NCBI GenBank assembly: GCA_029570205.1
Contig: JAKQSI010000093.1
Coordinates: 65,135-129,134 of the forward strand
Source: Candidatus Omnitrophota bacterium
GTDB taxonomy: Bacteria; Hinthialibacterota; Hinthialibacteria; Hinthialibacterales; JAKPRU01
Reading direction: 5' to 3'
Length of the DNA: 64,000 nt
In this document: positions 1-7,860 of the stretch, in pieces
Layout: the number at the start of each line of letters is the position of its first letter
How positions within the stretch are numbered: position 1 is the first letter of the stretch
Translations under genes and position numbers: made by a program
Notes under the pieces: model-generated
Databases searched by the model: none
What the model saw: only the letters and a program-made list of their open reading frames with translations
What the model was told of the DNA's origin: nothing

Positions 1-360
1 GTAGGGTCCAGAGGATGAGGGCGAGATTGAGCAGGCCCCTGCTCAGCCAGCTCCGCCAATTCAGAAAGAAGGAGAATCAAGTTGGGGATCTTGGAGGGAG
101 GCGGCGCTGATCCCCGGGCGGGGGGGCCAGCTGTATCCCGTGCGGTAACGGCAAACGCGGTGAATATACCCTCTTTGTCTTCCTCATACATCCTCCGAAG
201 GCGCATGACCATTTCGCGTACTTCGGGATTCCGGAGAGTCTCCTTCTCCGCATTTTTCAGATGCAGATTCAGCAGCGCCTCTGCCATGCGACGGCTTTTC
301 GGATCGTTCGCCATGTTTCTCATTTTACAGGCGGCTCGAACCAAAAACAGGTGATAGTCC
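1..360 (-). CDS. hypothetical protein; only the N-terminal part is in the window, the ORF runs off the window start
   Basis: Reverse-strand ATG at 358-360 gives MDYHLFLVRAACKMRNMANDPKSRRMAEALLNLHLKNAEKETLRNPEVREMVMRLRRMYEEDKEG... and stays open to position 1. It is not in the supplied ORF track. Its composition looks protein-like, whereas the + strand ORFs 82-354 and 261-560 are Ser/Arg-rich junk. Confidence 0.3.
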
Positions 361-577
361 ATTCTTTTGAGGCGGACGATTCAATCGTGAAAACTCGATT
401 TGCGATCCGTCTCCATCGAAATATCTCGATGCAAGGAATGTTATGGGACATCTGCATCCGGAGAATCAGGAAGGCTAACTCATTCGAGATGAACCAGTTA
501 GATCATTTGTTTCGCCAAGAGGATATTGAAAGCGAATTGGAATGCTGCCTGCATATATAAAAGAGATAAATGCGGCC

Positions 578-641
578 CCTCACCCCAACCCTTTCCTTGA
601 AGGAGAGGGAAAAGAGGCCGGCACAGTCTTCCAGCCTGTGG
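578..641 (+). repeat. structured intergenic repeat, copy 1. Conserved head CCTCACCCCAACCCT, a degenerate internal palindrome, then hairpin CCGGCACAG(T)CTTCCAGCCTGTGG.
   Basis: Direct match to copies at 6242-6309 and 7761-7813. The 8-9 bp inverted repeat CACAG(G/T)CT / AGCCTGTG has a TCC loop. It lies 90 nt upstream of the gspE start. Confidence 0.8.
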
Positions 642-730
642 TGATACAACGGTCAAAACTGTTCGTTTAGAGTTCTTGAGTTACGGAACACCGAGGGAAT
701 GAGTTTGGAACTATCGGAGGATATAAAATC

Positions 731-2434
731 ATGAGAGACGGAGCTGGGCTGCTCGGAAAACGGTATGGAGAATTGTTACGGTCGCTGGAAGTTATTTCCA
801 GTGATGATGTCAACCGCGCGCTGGCCATCCAGGAGAAAACCGGCAAGAACCTGGATACCATCATCATTGACAACGGCCTGGCGAACGAGCAGACCATCAT
901 GGAGACGCTTTCATCCCACTTGGGAGTCGAAAGCATGGATATCACGGATCTGGAGATTGCCCCGGATATCCTCCATGCCATCCCGGTACGTTACATCCAC
1001 CGGTACAACATTCTGCCCGTCGCCAGGCAGGGCAGCCTGTTGAAAGTGGCAACAGCGGACCCGCTGAATTTCCAGGCTCTGGATGATTTGCGCCTTCTTC
1101 TGAAATGCGATATCGAGCCGGTTTTGGCTCCAAGCGCCGATATTCGCGATTGCATCAAGCGATATTTCGGAATCGGCGCCGATACGGTAGACAGCCTCCT
1201 GACTGAAGAAGAAGCAGGGGAAGAGGAGGAAGAGGCGGAGAAGACCAACATCGAAGAGGTCGAAGACGCCTCGATCATCCGATTTGTCAACCAGATCATG
1301 TCCGAGGCCGTTACCGACCGGGCCACGGATATTCATTTCGAGCCATTCGAGGATGAACTGAGAATTCGGTACCGGATTGATGGGATTCTTTACGAAGCCT
1401 CTGTGCCGCCCTCTATTCGCCACTACCAGTCGGCTGTAATTTCCCGTATCAAGATCATGGCGGATATGAACATTGCGGAAAAGCGACTGCCTCAAGACGG
1501 GCGTATCAATATCAAAACAGGCAACCTGGAATATGACCTCCGTGTGTCCACGGTTCCCTCCGTGCACGGGGAGAGCATCGTCATCCGTATCCTGAACCGG
1601 GACGCCAGCTTGCACAATCTGCAGCAGCTTGGATTCGACAACGAGTCGCTGTGGAAGTTCGATCTGCTGATCCGTAAATCCAACGGGATCATTCTGGTGA
1701 CCGGCCCGACCGGTAGCGGAAAGACCACCACGCTCTATGCCGCGCTCGATAAACTGAATAAAACTGACGTGAAGATTCTTACCATTGAAGAGCCGGTGGA
1801 GTACCAGATGAAAGGTCTGGTACAGATTCAGGTTCGCCCGAAAATCGGCCTGACCTTCGCGAGTGTTCTTCGGTCTTTCCTGCGGCAGGACCCCGATATC
1901 ATGCTGGTGGGCGAGACCCGCGATTTCGAGACGGCGGAGATCGCCATCCAGGCCGCACTGACCGGTCACCTGGTGTTCACCACGCTACATACAAACGACG
2001 CGCCGGGGGCCATCACCCGCCTGATCGATATGGGCGTGGAACCGTACCTGGTTTCATCTTCCGTGATCGGCGTAGTGGCCCAGCGGTTGATGCGCTGTAT
2101 CTGCCCGAACTGCAAAGAGGAATATGAGCCGGAACACGACGTATTGGTTGGATTGGGACTGGATGAACCCGAATTCCGGGACATCAAGTACTTCCGGGGA
2201 AAAGGGTGTGAAGACTGCAAGTTCCTCGGATACAAGGGCCGGACGGCCATTTACGAAATCATGCCCATGGACGAGGAACTCCGCGACCTGACCGTTCAGC
2301 GGGTCTCCACGAGTGTACTGAAAGATCACGCATTGAAAGTCGGGATGAAGACTCTTCGAAAGGCCGCATTGGAGAAAGTCCGCCAGGGAGTGACAACCCT
2401 GGATGATTTGATGCGTGTCACGCAGGAGTGGTAG
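731..2434 (+). CDS. gspE: type II secretion / type IV pilus assembly ATPase, GspE/PilB family, with an N-terminal T2SSE_N (MshEN-like) domain
   Basis: Walker A motif GPTGSGKTT, Asp box and Walker B, and a tetracysteine motif CPNC...CEDC. The N-terminal approximately 150 aa resemble the GspE N1/MshEN domain (RYGELLRSLEVISSDDVNRALAIQ). An RBS GGAGGA lies upstream of the ATG at 731. Confidence 0.93.
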   Translation: MRDGAGLLGKRYGELLRSLEVISSDDVNRALAIQEKTGKNLDTIIIDNGLANEQTIMETLSSHLGVESMDITDLEIAPDILHAIPVRYIHRYNILPVARQGSLLKVATADPLNFQALDDLRLLLKCDIEPVLAPSADIRDCIKRYFGIGADTVDSLLTEEEAGEEEEEAEKTNIEEVEDASIIRFVNQIMSEAVTDRATDIHFEPFEDELRIRYRIDGILYEASVPPSIRHYQSAVISRIKIMADMNIAEKRLPQDGRINIKTGNLEYDLRVSTVPSVHGESIVIRILNRDASLHNLQQLGFDNESLWKFDLLIRKSNGIILVTGPTGSGKTTTLYAALDKLNKTDVKILTIEEPVEYQMKGLVQIQVRPKIGLTFASVLRSFLRQDPDIMLVGETRDFETAEIAIQAALTGHLVFTTLHTNDAPGAITRLIDMGVEPYLVSSSVIGVVAQRLMRCICPNCKEEYEPEHDVLVGLGLDEPEFRDIKYFRGKGCEDCKFLGYKGRTAIYEIMPMDEELRDLTVQRVSTSVLKDHALKVGMKTLRKAALEKVRQGVTTLDDLMRVTQEW

Positions 2435-2436
2435 GA

Positions 2437-3651
2437 ATGCGTTACTCCTATAAAGCAAAAAAGAATTCGGGGGAAGTGGTTCAAGGTTACATTGAGGCCG
2501 AGAACCGTCGCCTGGTGATCGGCAAATTGCAGAAGATGCAGTTCTTCCCGATCTCTGTTGTGGAGGAAGCGGGGGGCAAGGGGTTACAGACGGAGTTCTC
2601 ACTGAACTCCCTTCGCCGAGTCGGATTGAAAGACATTACAACTTTCAGCCGTCAACTGAGCGACCTGCTGAAATCGGGACTTCCATTGGCAAAGGCCCTG
2701 GAAGTTTTAACGAAGCAGACCAGCAATCCGAAGCTGTTGAGCATCCTGAGAACCATTTGCAGCGATGTGCAGGGAGGCAGTACCTTCGCCGATGCGCTGA
2801 AACGTCACCCGAAAGTGTTCAGCGATCTGTATTGCAGCATGGTTCATGCCGGAGAAATCAGTGGGGGCCTGGATGCCGTCATGGAGCGTCTCTCCAATTT
2901 CCTGGAATCCGAGCAGGAAACCCGGAGCAAGTTTATCACGGCGATGACTTACCCGGCTTTCATGGTCATTGTGTGCGTGGCTGTCGTGATCGTGCTGTTC
3001 ACATTTGTGGTCCCCAAATTCCAGAGCATGTTCGAGGAGAGCGGCGCGGTATTGCCGATCTCGACACAGTTTCTCATGGGAGTCAGCCGTTTTGTTCAAT
3101 TATGGTGGTGGGTCATCCTGGGTGGATTCGTCGCTTTGATCGTTCTGTTCCGCCATTACATTCACACGGAGGCCGGGCGCATCCAGTGGGATGAATTCAA
3201 ATTGCAGCTTCCGCTGATCGGGGACCTGGTAAAGAAACGAGAGGTCTCGAAGTTTGCCCGCACTCTGGGAACACTGCTGGCAAACGGAGTGAATATTCTC
3301 CGCGCCCTGGAGATCACCGAGGAGGTGGTTTCCAACAAGATCATTGCAAAGAACATTCGCGAGATGGCGGGAAACATCAAGGAGGGAGAAAGACTCTCCG
3401 ACCGAATGGCGCAAAGCCCATACTTCCCGCCACTGGCCGTCAACATGGTGGCGGTGGGTGAAGAGACCGGGGATATGGAGCGTACGTTAAACCGAGTCGC
3501 CCAATCTTACGAAAACGAGACGGAACGCGCGATGAAAACAGTGACCACGTTATTGGAACCGATGATGATTGTCGTGATGGCGGTGATCGTCGGATTTATC
3601 GTATTTGCCATGATTATGCCGATCTTTCAGATCAGCCAGAGTATTCAGTAG
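2437..3651 (+). CDS. gspF: type II secretion inner-membrane platform protein, GspF/PilC family
   Basis: About 400 aa with a duplicated T2SSF domain architecture and three TM segments (FMVIVCVAVVIVLF, WWWVILGGFVALIVLF, MMIVVMAVIVGFIVFAMIM). The start is moved to the ATG at 2437, 8 nt after an AGGAG; the track starts at a GTG at 2428. Confidence 0.9.
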   Translation: MRYSYKAKKNSGEVVQGYIEAENRRLVIGKLQKMQFFPISVVEEAGGKGLQTEFSLNSLRRVGLKDITTFSRQLSDLLKSGLPLAKALEVLTKQTSNPKLLSILRTICSDVQGGSTFADALKRHPKVFSDLYCSMVHAGEISGGLDAVMERLSNFLESEQETRSKFITAMTYPAFMVIVCVAVVIVLFTFVVPKFQSMFEESGAVLPISTQFLMGVSRFVQLWWWVILGGFVALIVLFRHYIHTEAGRIQWDEFKLQLPLIGDLVKKREVSKFARTLGTLLANGVNILRALEITEEVVSNKIIAKNIREMAGNIKEGERLSDRMAQSPYFPPLAVNMVAVGEETGDMERTLNRVAQSYENETERAMKTVTTLLEPMMIVVMAVIVGFIVFAMIMPIFQISQSIQ

Positions 3652-3746
3652 GAAGGGATGGAAGCCTCGGATACAAACACCATATTCATAAAGAAACGAA
3701 AGATTCCGATAAGGGAATTGGATTCTACGAAATGGAGGACATCGTG

Positions 3747-4163
3747 ATGAAAAGAGAGAGTAAGAATCGGGCCAGGGCATTTACGCTGGTGGAACTGCTG
3801 CTGGTGGTCACGATCATCGGCATTCTGGCCGGGGCGGTATTGATCAACATCAGCGGGCAATCGAAGCGCGCGCGGATCTCCCGCGCGGGGAGCGATATCG
3901 CCACGATAGAAAGCGCTCTCAGCCTGTACGAGATGGACCTCGGCGATTATCCGGATGAGCTGCAAAGTCTATTGGAAAATCCCGGGGAAGACGGATGGAA
4001 CGGTCCATACCTGAAGAAAAACTCCCTGGCGGATCCCTGGGGGAACGACTACCAGTACCGATATCCGGGGAACTACGGTGTGGAATACGACCTGTACTCC
4101 CTGGGGCCGGATGGAACCGACGGAACCGATGACGACATCGGAAACTGGGAAAAGGAATCCTGA
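3747..4163 (+). CDS. gspG: major pseudopilin, GspG family (prepilin-type N-terminal cleavage/methylation domain)
   Basis: Prepilin signature RAFTLVELLLVVTIIGILAG with Glu5, about 135 aa, C-terminal GspG-like motif YDLYSLGPDGTDGTDDDIGNW. A GGAGGA RBS lies 9 nt upstream of the ATG at 3747. Confidence 0.9.
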   Translation: MKRESKNRARAFTLVELLLVVTIIGILAGAVLINISGQSKRARISRAGSDIATIESALSLYEMDLGDYPDELQSLLENPGEDGWNGPYLKKNSLADPWGNDYQYRYPGNYGVEYDLYSLGPDGTDGTDDDIGNWEKES

Positions 4164-4759
4164 TGAAATACACCCGTCGCGGCGGATTCACACTGATCGA
4201 GCTGGCCACGGTAGTCGTTATTCTGGCCATCGTCATGGCAGCGGGATTACCCGCGTTCAGCGGATTTCAGAAACGCGCGGGGCTTTCGGCGGAAGCGGAG
4301 CGGCTCGTGCAGACGCTCCGCTACGCCCAGCAACGGGCCATCCTGGAACGCCAGGACATGGAAGTGGTCATCGATCTCAAGGAAAAAGCGTACTGGATTC
4401 CGGTGGTTAAGGAGGACATTCGGAGGCATCGCGGGCGGGTGCGGAAATCCCGACGGCAAGAAGAATTGATGAGTCTTCGCCAGAAAATCAAGGATGGTTA
4501 CATCATCGAGTTTTTTTATTATCCCCTGCTGGATCAGGAGGCCAAAAAAGGCGAGAACAGTATTCGATTCTATCCGGATGGAACAGCGGACGCCGTCAAC
4601 CTGACGCTTCTGAAGACCGCAGAATATCGAGAAGAGGAATATCGAGTTTTTATCAAAGTGATGGGGACGACCGGCCAGGTGAAAACCTTTCAGAGTCGGG
4701 ATGAAAACGACGGATGGGATTTCTTTGACGGGAAACTCGATTCAATGAGTGAACTATGA
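4163..4759 (+). CDS. gspH: minor pseudopilin, GspH-like
   Basis: N-terminus RGGFTLIELATVVVILAIVMAAGLPAF (prepilin N-methylation motif with Glu5). The start overlaps the gspG stop (TGATGA). Confidence 0.75.
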   Translation: MKYTRRGGFTLIELATVVVILAIVMAAGLPAFSGFQKRAGLSAEAERLVQTLRYAQQRAILERQDMEVVIDLKEKAYWIPVVKEDIRRHRGRVRKSRRQEELMSLRQKIKDGYIIEFFYYPLLDQEAKKGENSIRFYPDGTADAVNLTLLKTAEYREEEYRVFIKVMGTTGQVKTFQSRDENDGWDFFDGKLDSMSEL

Positions 4760-5187
4760 ATACGAAGTTGCACGGACAGAATCGTTGCTCAGACCGAACC
4801 GGGTTCGTTCTCCTGGAGGTATTGGTGTCTATGACGATCCTGGCCGTTGCCGGCACCGCATTGATCCAGTGTTTCCAAGCCTGTATCGATGCTCAAAAAC
4901 GGATCAAGCAGCGCTCGCAGGCCATCTATCTCACACAGAGCAGAATCCTGGATATGGAGTTTCTCTATTATGGAATGGAATCCGTTCGTCGTGCCCAACA
5001 TCACGGCGACTATCGCGACCTGGGATTTCCGAATATGTGGTGGGAGGCATCGGTGAAAGTGGATCGAAAACGATACGCGCATGAGATCACGGTCACAACA
5101 AGTTGGGAACAGACGAACAAAACCTATTCGTATTCCATGACCACTCTTGTGCCGCTGCCGCGGTACGACGACCGATTGGTTCGGTAA
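4756..5187 (+). CDS. gspI: minor pseudopilin, GspI-like
   Basis: N-terminus RTGFVLLEVLVSMTILAVAG, about 140 aa. The ATGA start/stop overlaps gspH. Confidence 0.75.
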   Translation: MNTKLHGQNRCSDRTGFVLLEVLVSMTILAVAGTALIQCFQACIDAQKRIKQRSQAIYLTQSRILDMEFLYYGMESVRRAQHHGDYRDLGFPNMWWEASVKVDRKRYAHEITVTTSWEQTNKTYSYSMTTLVPLPRYDDRLVR

Positions 5188-5197
5188 GACAAAGAAG

Positions 5198-6229
5198 ATG
5201 AACGACCCTGGAAAACATATCTGGAAACGGCCCGCTTTCACGCTGGTGGAGCTGATGTTGGCCATCTTGATCCTGGCCGTGGTGGTGGGGGCCATCCAGG
5301 GGACGATGCAGATGGGGTTCACTGCATACCGGAAGGGGCAGCAGGATATGGAGCTCTATCAATCTGCACGGATCGGATTGAATCGGTTGATCGATGAGAT
5401 GCGCGGTGCGCTCTCTTCGACTGCGTTCTGGCGGCCGAACGCGGAAATCCGGGAAACCATGACTTGGGAGCAGGCCATGGAACTGGTTCGATTCGGCAAC
5501 GCGGTGGAAGAGGACGAACCCGGCCCCATCCAGTTCATCGGCTCGTCCGATGAGGTCACCTTTGCGCGAAAAGTTTACGGCGGGACCTCCAATCGGGATT
5601 TCGATCTTCAGGAGGTCCGTTTCTATGTGGATTCGTCCAAAAACCAGCTTCGGATGGAGATTATCCGATCCCTTCTGGAAATCAAAATCGCCAGCTGGTA
5701 TTTTGCCTACTTATTTGAGACCAAGTTGAACGCGGAGATTCTCATCGACCAGGCCGGACGGGCGCATCGCATCCGGCAGCTCTCTTCCCCGGATGAACCG
5801 CCCCTGGAGCAATTCATCGGCGATACGGGCATGGACGGGCGGACTATGCCCATCGCATACGGAATTAAGGAAATCCAGTTTCGATATTCCGACGGAGAAC
5901 TATGGACAGACGACTGGGATTCCACCGAGTACATTCAAATCCCGTTGATTCCAATGAACCGTAACGACACCTATTATGAGAATCCTGAAGATGAATTCAT
6001 GCACCAGGAGAAGGGTATTCCGTCCGCCGTCGCGATCAAGCTCGTTCTGGCGAACGGGGCAAAACTGGAAGTGCAAGTGGATATCCCGGCAGGAAGTCTG
6101 AATCATTTGGGGATACGGGATCGGCAGGGCGATCTTGCGCGAGGTCCCCAGGTGGAGTCGGGAACGGCGCAACCGGGAGAACGTCGGGGTCCCCAGATGT
6201 ATCGCCGAATGCTGAGAAGAAGGATTTAA
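5198..6229 (+). CDS. gspJ: minor pseudopilin, GspJ-like
   Basis: An internal Met at 5198 gives MNDPGKHIWKRPAFTLVELMLAILILAVVVGAIQG (prepilin motif with Glu5). The track ORF starts 17 codons earlier without a motif. Confidence 0.7.
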   Translation: MNDPGKHIWKRPAFTLVELMLAILILAVVVGAIQGTMQMGFTAYRKGQQDMELYQSARIGLNRLIDEMRGALSSTAFWRPNAEIRETMTWEQAMELVRFGNAVEEDEPGPIQFIGSSDEVTFARKVYGGTSNRDFDLQEVRFYVDSSKNQLRMEIIRSLLEIKIASWYFAYLFETKLNAEILIDQAGRAHRIRQLSSPDEPPLEQFIGDTGMDGRTMPIAYGIKEIQFRYSDGELWTDDWDSTEYIQIPLIPMNRNDTYYENPEDEFMHQEKGIPSAVAIKLVLANGAKLEVQVDIPAGSLNHLGIRDRQGDLARGPQVESGTAQPGERRGPQMYRRMLRRRI

Positions 6230-6241
6230 GAACCTCACCCC

Positions 6242-6309
6242 AACCCTCTGCCGGAGGGAGACCGGCAGAGAAGAGGGTGGCACAGGCTTCCAGCCTGTGG
6301 TTCCCGGAT
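6242..6309 (+). repeat. structured intergenic repeat, copy 2 (the most complete). CCTCACCCCAACCCT, then perfect palindrome CTCTGCCGG-AGGGAGA-CCGGCAGAG, then hairpin GGGTGGCACAGGCTTCCAGCCTGTGG.
   Basis: It lies between gspJ (stop 6229) and gspK. There are two consecutive 9-bp-stem hairpins. It matches copies 1 and 3. Confidence 0.85.
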
Positions 6310-6433
6310 ATCCGGCAGAAGGATTTTGAAGACAGTGTTGATGAACCTTCCCATAGCCCGCCTTTCGGAGCCGCGTTGCCCTGGAAGGAACGACGTATGC
6401 CCCGCCGGGCACGAACGTGAACGGGGTATTGTG

Positions 6434-7750
6434 ATGGTTCTGGTACTCTGGGTCATTGTTGTGCTGACCACGATGGCATTAACTTTTACGCATGAAACGC
6501 GGCTCTCCGCAAAAATGGCCGGGTTTCAGGCGGATAATTTCGAAGCGGATATGATTGCCCGGGCAGGATTACGGCAGGCGATGATCCTGATTCGAGAAGA
6601 CCTTTACAAAGATCATGCCGACAGTATCGAACGGGGAACCATTTTCCGATTCGATCCCACGGACCGGTATATGTACGATGCCGGGAATGAATGCTGGGCG
6701 CACGGAGGAGAACGTCGGGAGGATTTGTACACGGACAAGGAATTCGGCGGGGGCTATTATCGCGTAACCGTGAGGGATGAAGCCGGAAAACTGCCGTTGA
6801 ACGGGAAGGTTGCGCCGGAATCGTTTCAACGTCTCCTGATGGCGTTGGGATGGGAAGAAAAAGAGGCGCTGGTGGTGGCCGGGGCTATCCAGGACTGGCG
6901 GGATGCGGATGATGTCCCCACAGAAAACGGCGAACACGGCATCCGAGATACCAGCACAGAGGCCGCCTTTTACAACCCGCGTCAGAGTACACGTGATCTG
7001 GAGCGCTTCGGCCCGGAATATCTTTGCAAGAATGCGCCTTTCAGCACAACGGATGAGCTCCTGATGGTGCGCGGGATCACTCCGGTGGTTTATTTCGGTG
7101 AAGACGCTAACGACAATGGGAAACTGGACCCGAACGAGCGCGACGGCGACAGGTCGCCCCCCCTCGACAACGGGGACGCTTTTCTCCAGAAGGGGCTGAG
7201 AGACTATGTCACAGTTTACTCCGGAGCGGTCAATCTGAACACGGCGTCGTTCGAGGTCCTGTATGCAATTTTGTATCCCCTTGTCGCGGATGAGGCAGAA
7301 AAAATGGCCCAAAACATCGTCAAGTTTCGCGATGGGCATGACCGGATCCCTTACACGGATGACGATCAGCCATTTCGCTCCTGGGACAATAACGACGAGG
7401 ACGATATTCACTTCGATAAGATCGACGGGGTGACTCCGGAGTTGATCCAGAAACTCCAGCAATCGGATGTGGCGACGCTGCGTTCGGATGCGTTTGAAGT
7501 AACCGTTCTGGGGGAATACCAGGATGTCCAGAAGGGGTATCGTGCGATTGTGACCCGACAATGGCTGAACGAGGAGCGCCTGCCGCTGTTTGGAGTGGAT
7601 ACGAATCTTGTGGAAGACCTGGAGCAGGTCCAAATGAATGTGCTGGTTTTCGAGCCGATCTACAATGCAGGGGACCAGTTCTCGCAATCGGTGGATCGCG
7701 CTTCCCGGAGGCGCGCAGAGCGCAGTCATCGGCGATTCAGAAGGCTTTAA
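6434..7750 (+). CDS. gspK: minor pseudopilin, GspK-like (large periplasmic domain, no Glu5)
   Basis: MVLVLWVIVVLTTMALTFTHETRLSAKMAGFQADNFEADMIARAGLRQAMILI is a typical GspK N-terminus. The body is about 440 aa with a GspK-like HhH region. The start is ambiguous (GTG 6431, ATG 6434, or ATG 6326 right after the repeat). Confidence 0.7.
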   Translation: MVLVLWVIVVLTTMALTFTHETRLSAKMAGFQADNFEADMIARAGLRQAMILIREDLYKDHADSIERGTIFRFDPTDRYMYDAGNECWAHGGERREDLYTDKEFGGGYYRVTVRDEAGKLPLNGKVAPESFQRLLMALGWEEKEALVVAGAIQDWRDADDVPTENGEHGIRDTSTEAAFYNPRQSTRDLERFGPEYLCKNAPFSTTDELLMVRGITPVVYFGEDANDNGKLDPNERDGDRSPPLDNGDAFLQKGLRDYVTVYSGAVNLNTASFEVLYAILYPLVADEAEKMAQNIVKFRDGHDRIPYTDDDQPFRSWDNNDEDDIHFDKIDGVTPELIQKLQQSDVATLRSDAFEVTVLGEYQDVQKGYRAIVTRQWLNEERLPLFGVDTNLVEDLEQVQMNVLVFEPIYNAGDQFSQSVDRASRRRAERSHRRFRRL

Positions 7751-7760
7751 CAGGGGGAGA

Positions 7761-7813
7761 GTGAGGAACCCAGGGAGGGAAGGGAGGCGGGTGGCACAGG
7801 CTTCCAGCCTGTG
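7761..7813 (+). repeat. structured intergenic repeat, copy 3: GA-rich leader, then hairpin GGCGGGTGGCACAGGCTTCCAGCCTGTGG
   Basis: It lies between gspK (stop 7750) and the gspL-like start (7861). The hairpin core is identical to copy 2. Confidence 0.85.
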
Positions 7814-7860
7814 GGAAAGAGGAAAAACATTTTAGTGGCGACATAACAGGACGCGATAGA

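Noticed and set aside
82-560. + strand ORFs 82-354 and 261-560
   Set aside because: Ser/Arg/Phe-rich low-complexity translations. They are antisense to a more plausible minus-strand ORF and have no RBS.
911-1969. 352-aa minus-strand ORF overlapping gspE
   Set aside because: It is entirely antisense to a strongly supported ATPase gene. The translation is Arg/Gly/Leu-rich with no motifs, which is a typical antisense artefact of a GC-rich coding region. The same applies to 6569-7729 (opposite gspK), 15348-16136 (opposite the ADH), 35063-36235 (opposite cheB/cheY), 37944-39146 (opposite cheA), 53149-54216 (opposite the FAD oxidase) and 58941-60839 (opposite sdhA/B).
3689-3712. TAAAGAAA...TCCGATAA upstream of gspG resembling a sigma-28 promoter
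   Set aside because: The spacer between the -35-like and -10-like elements is 8 nt instead of 11, so it is probably coincidental. The 95-nt gap may still hold an internal promoter for the pseudopilin genes.
6326-6433. 36-aa N-terminal extension of GspK starting at ATG 6326
   Set aside because: GspK-type proteins begin a few residues before the hydrophobic segment. The extension would start immediately inside repeat copy 2 and lacks an RBS. This remains uncertain.
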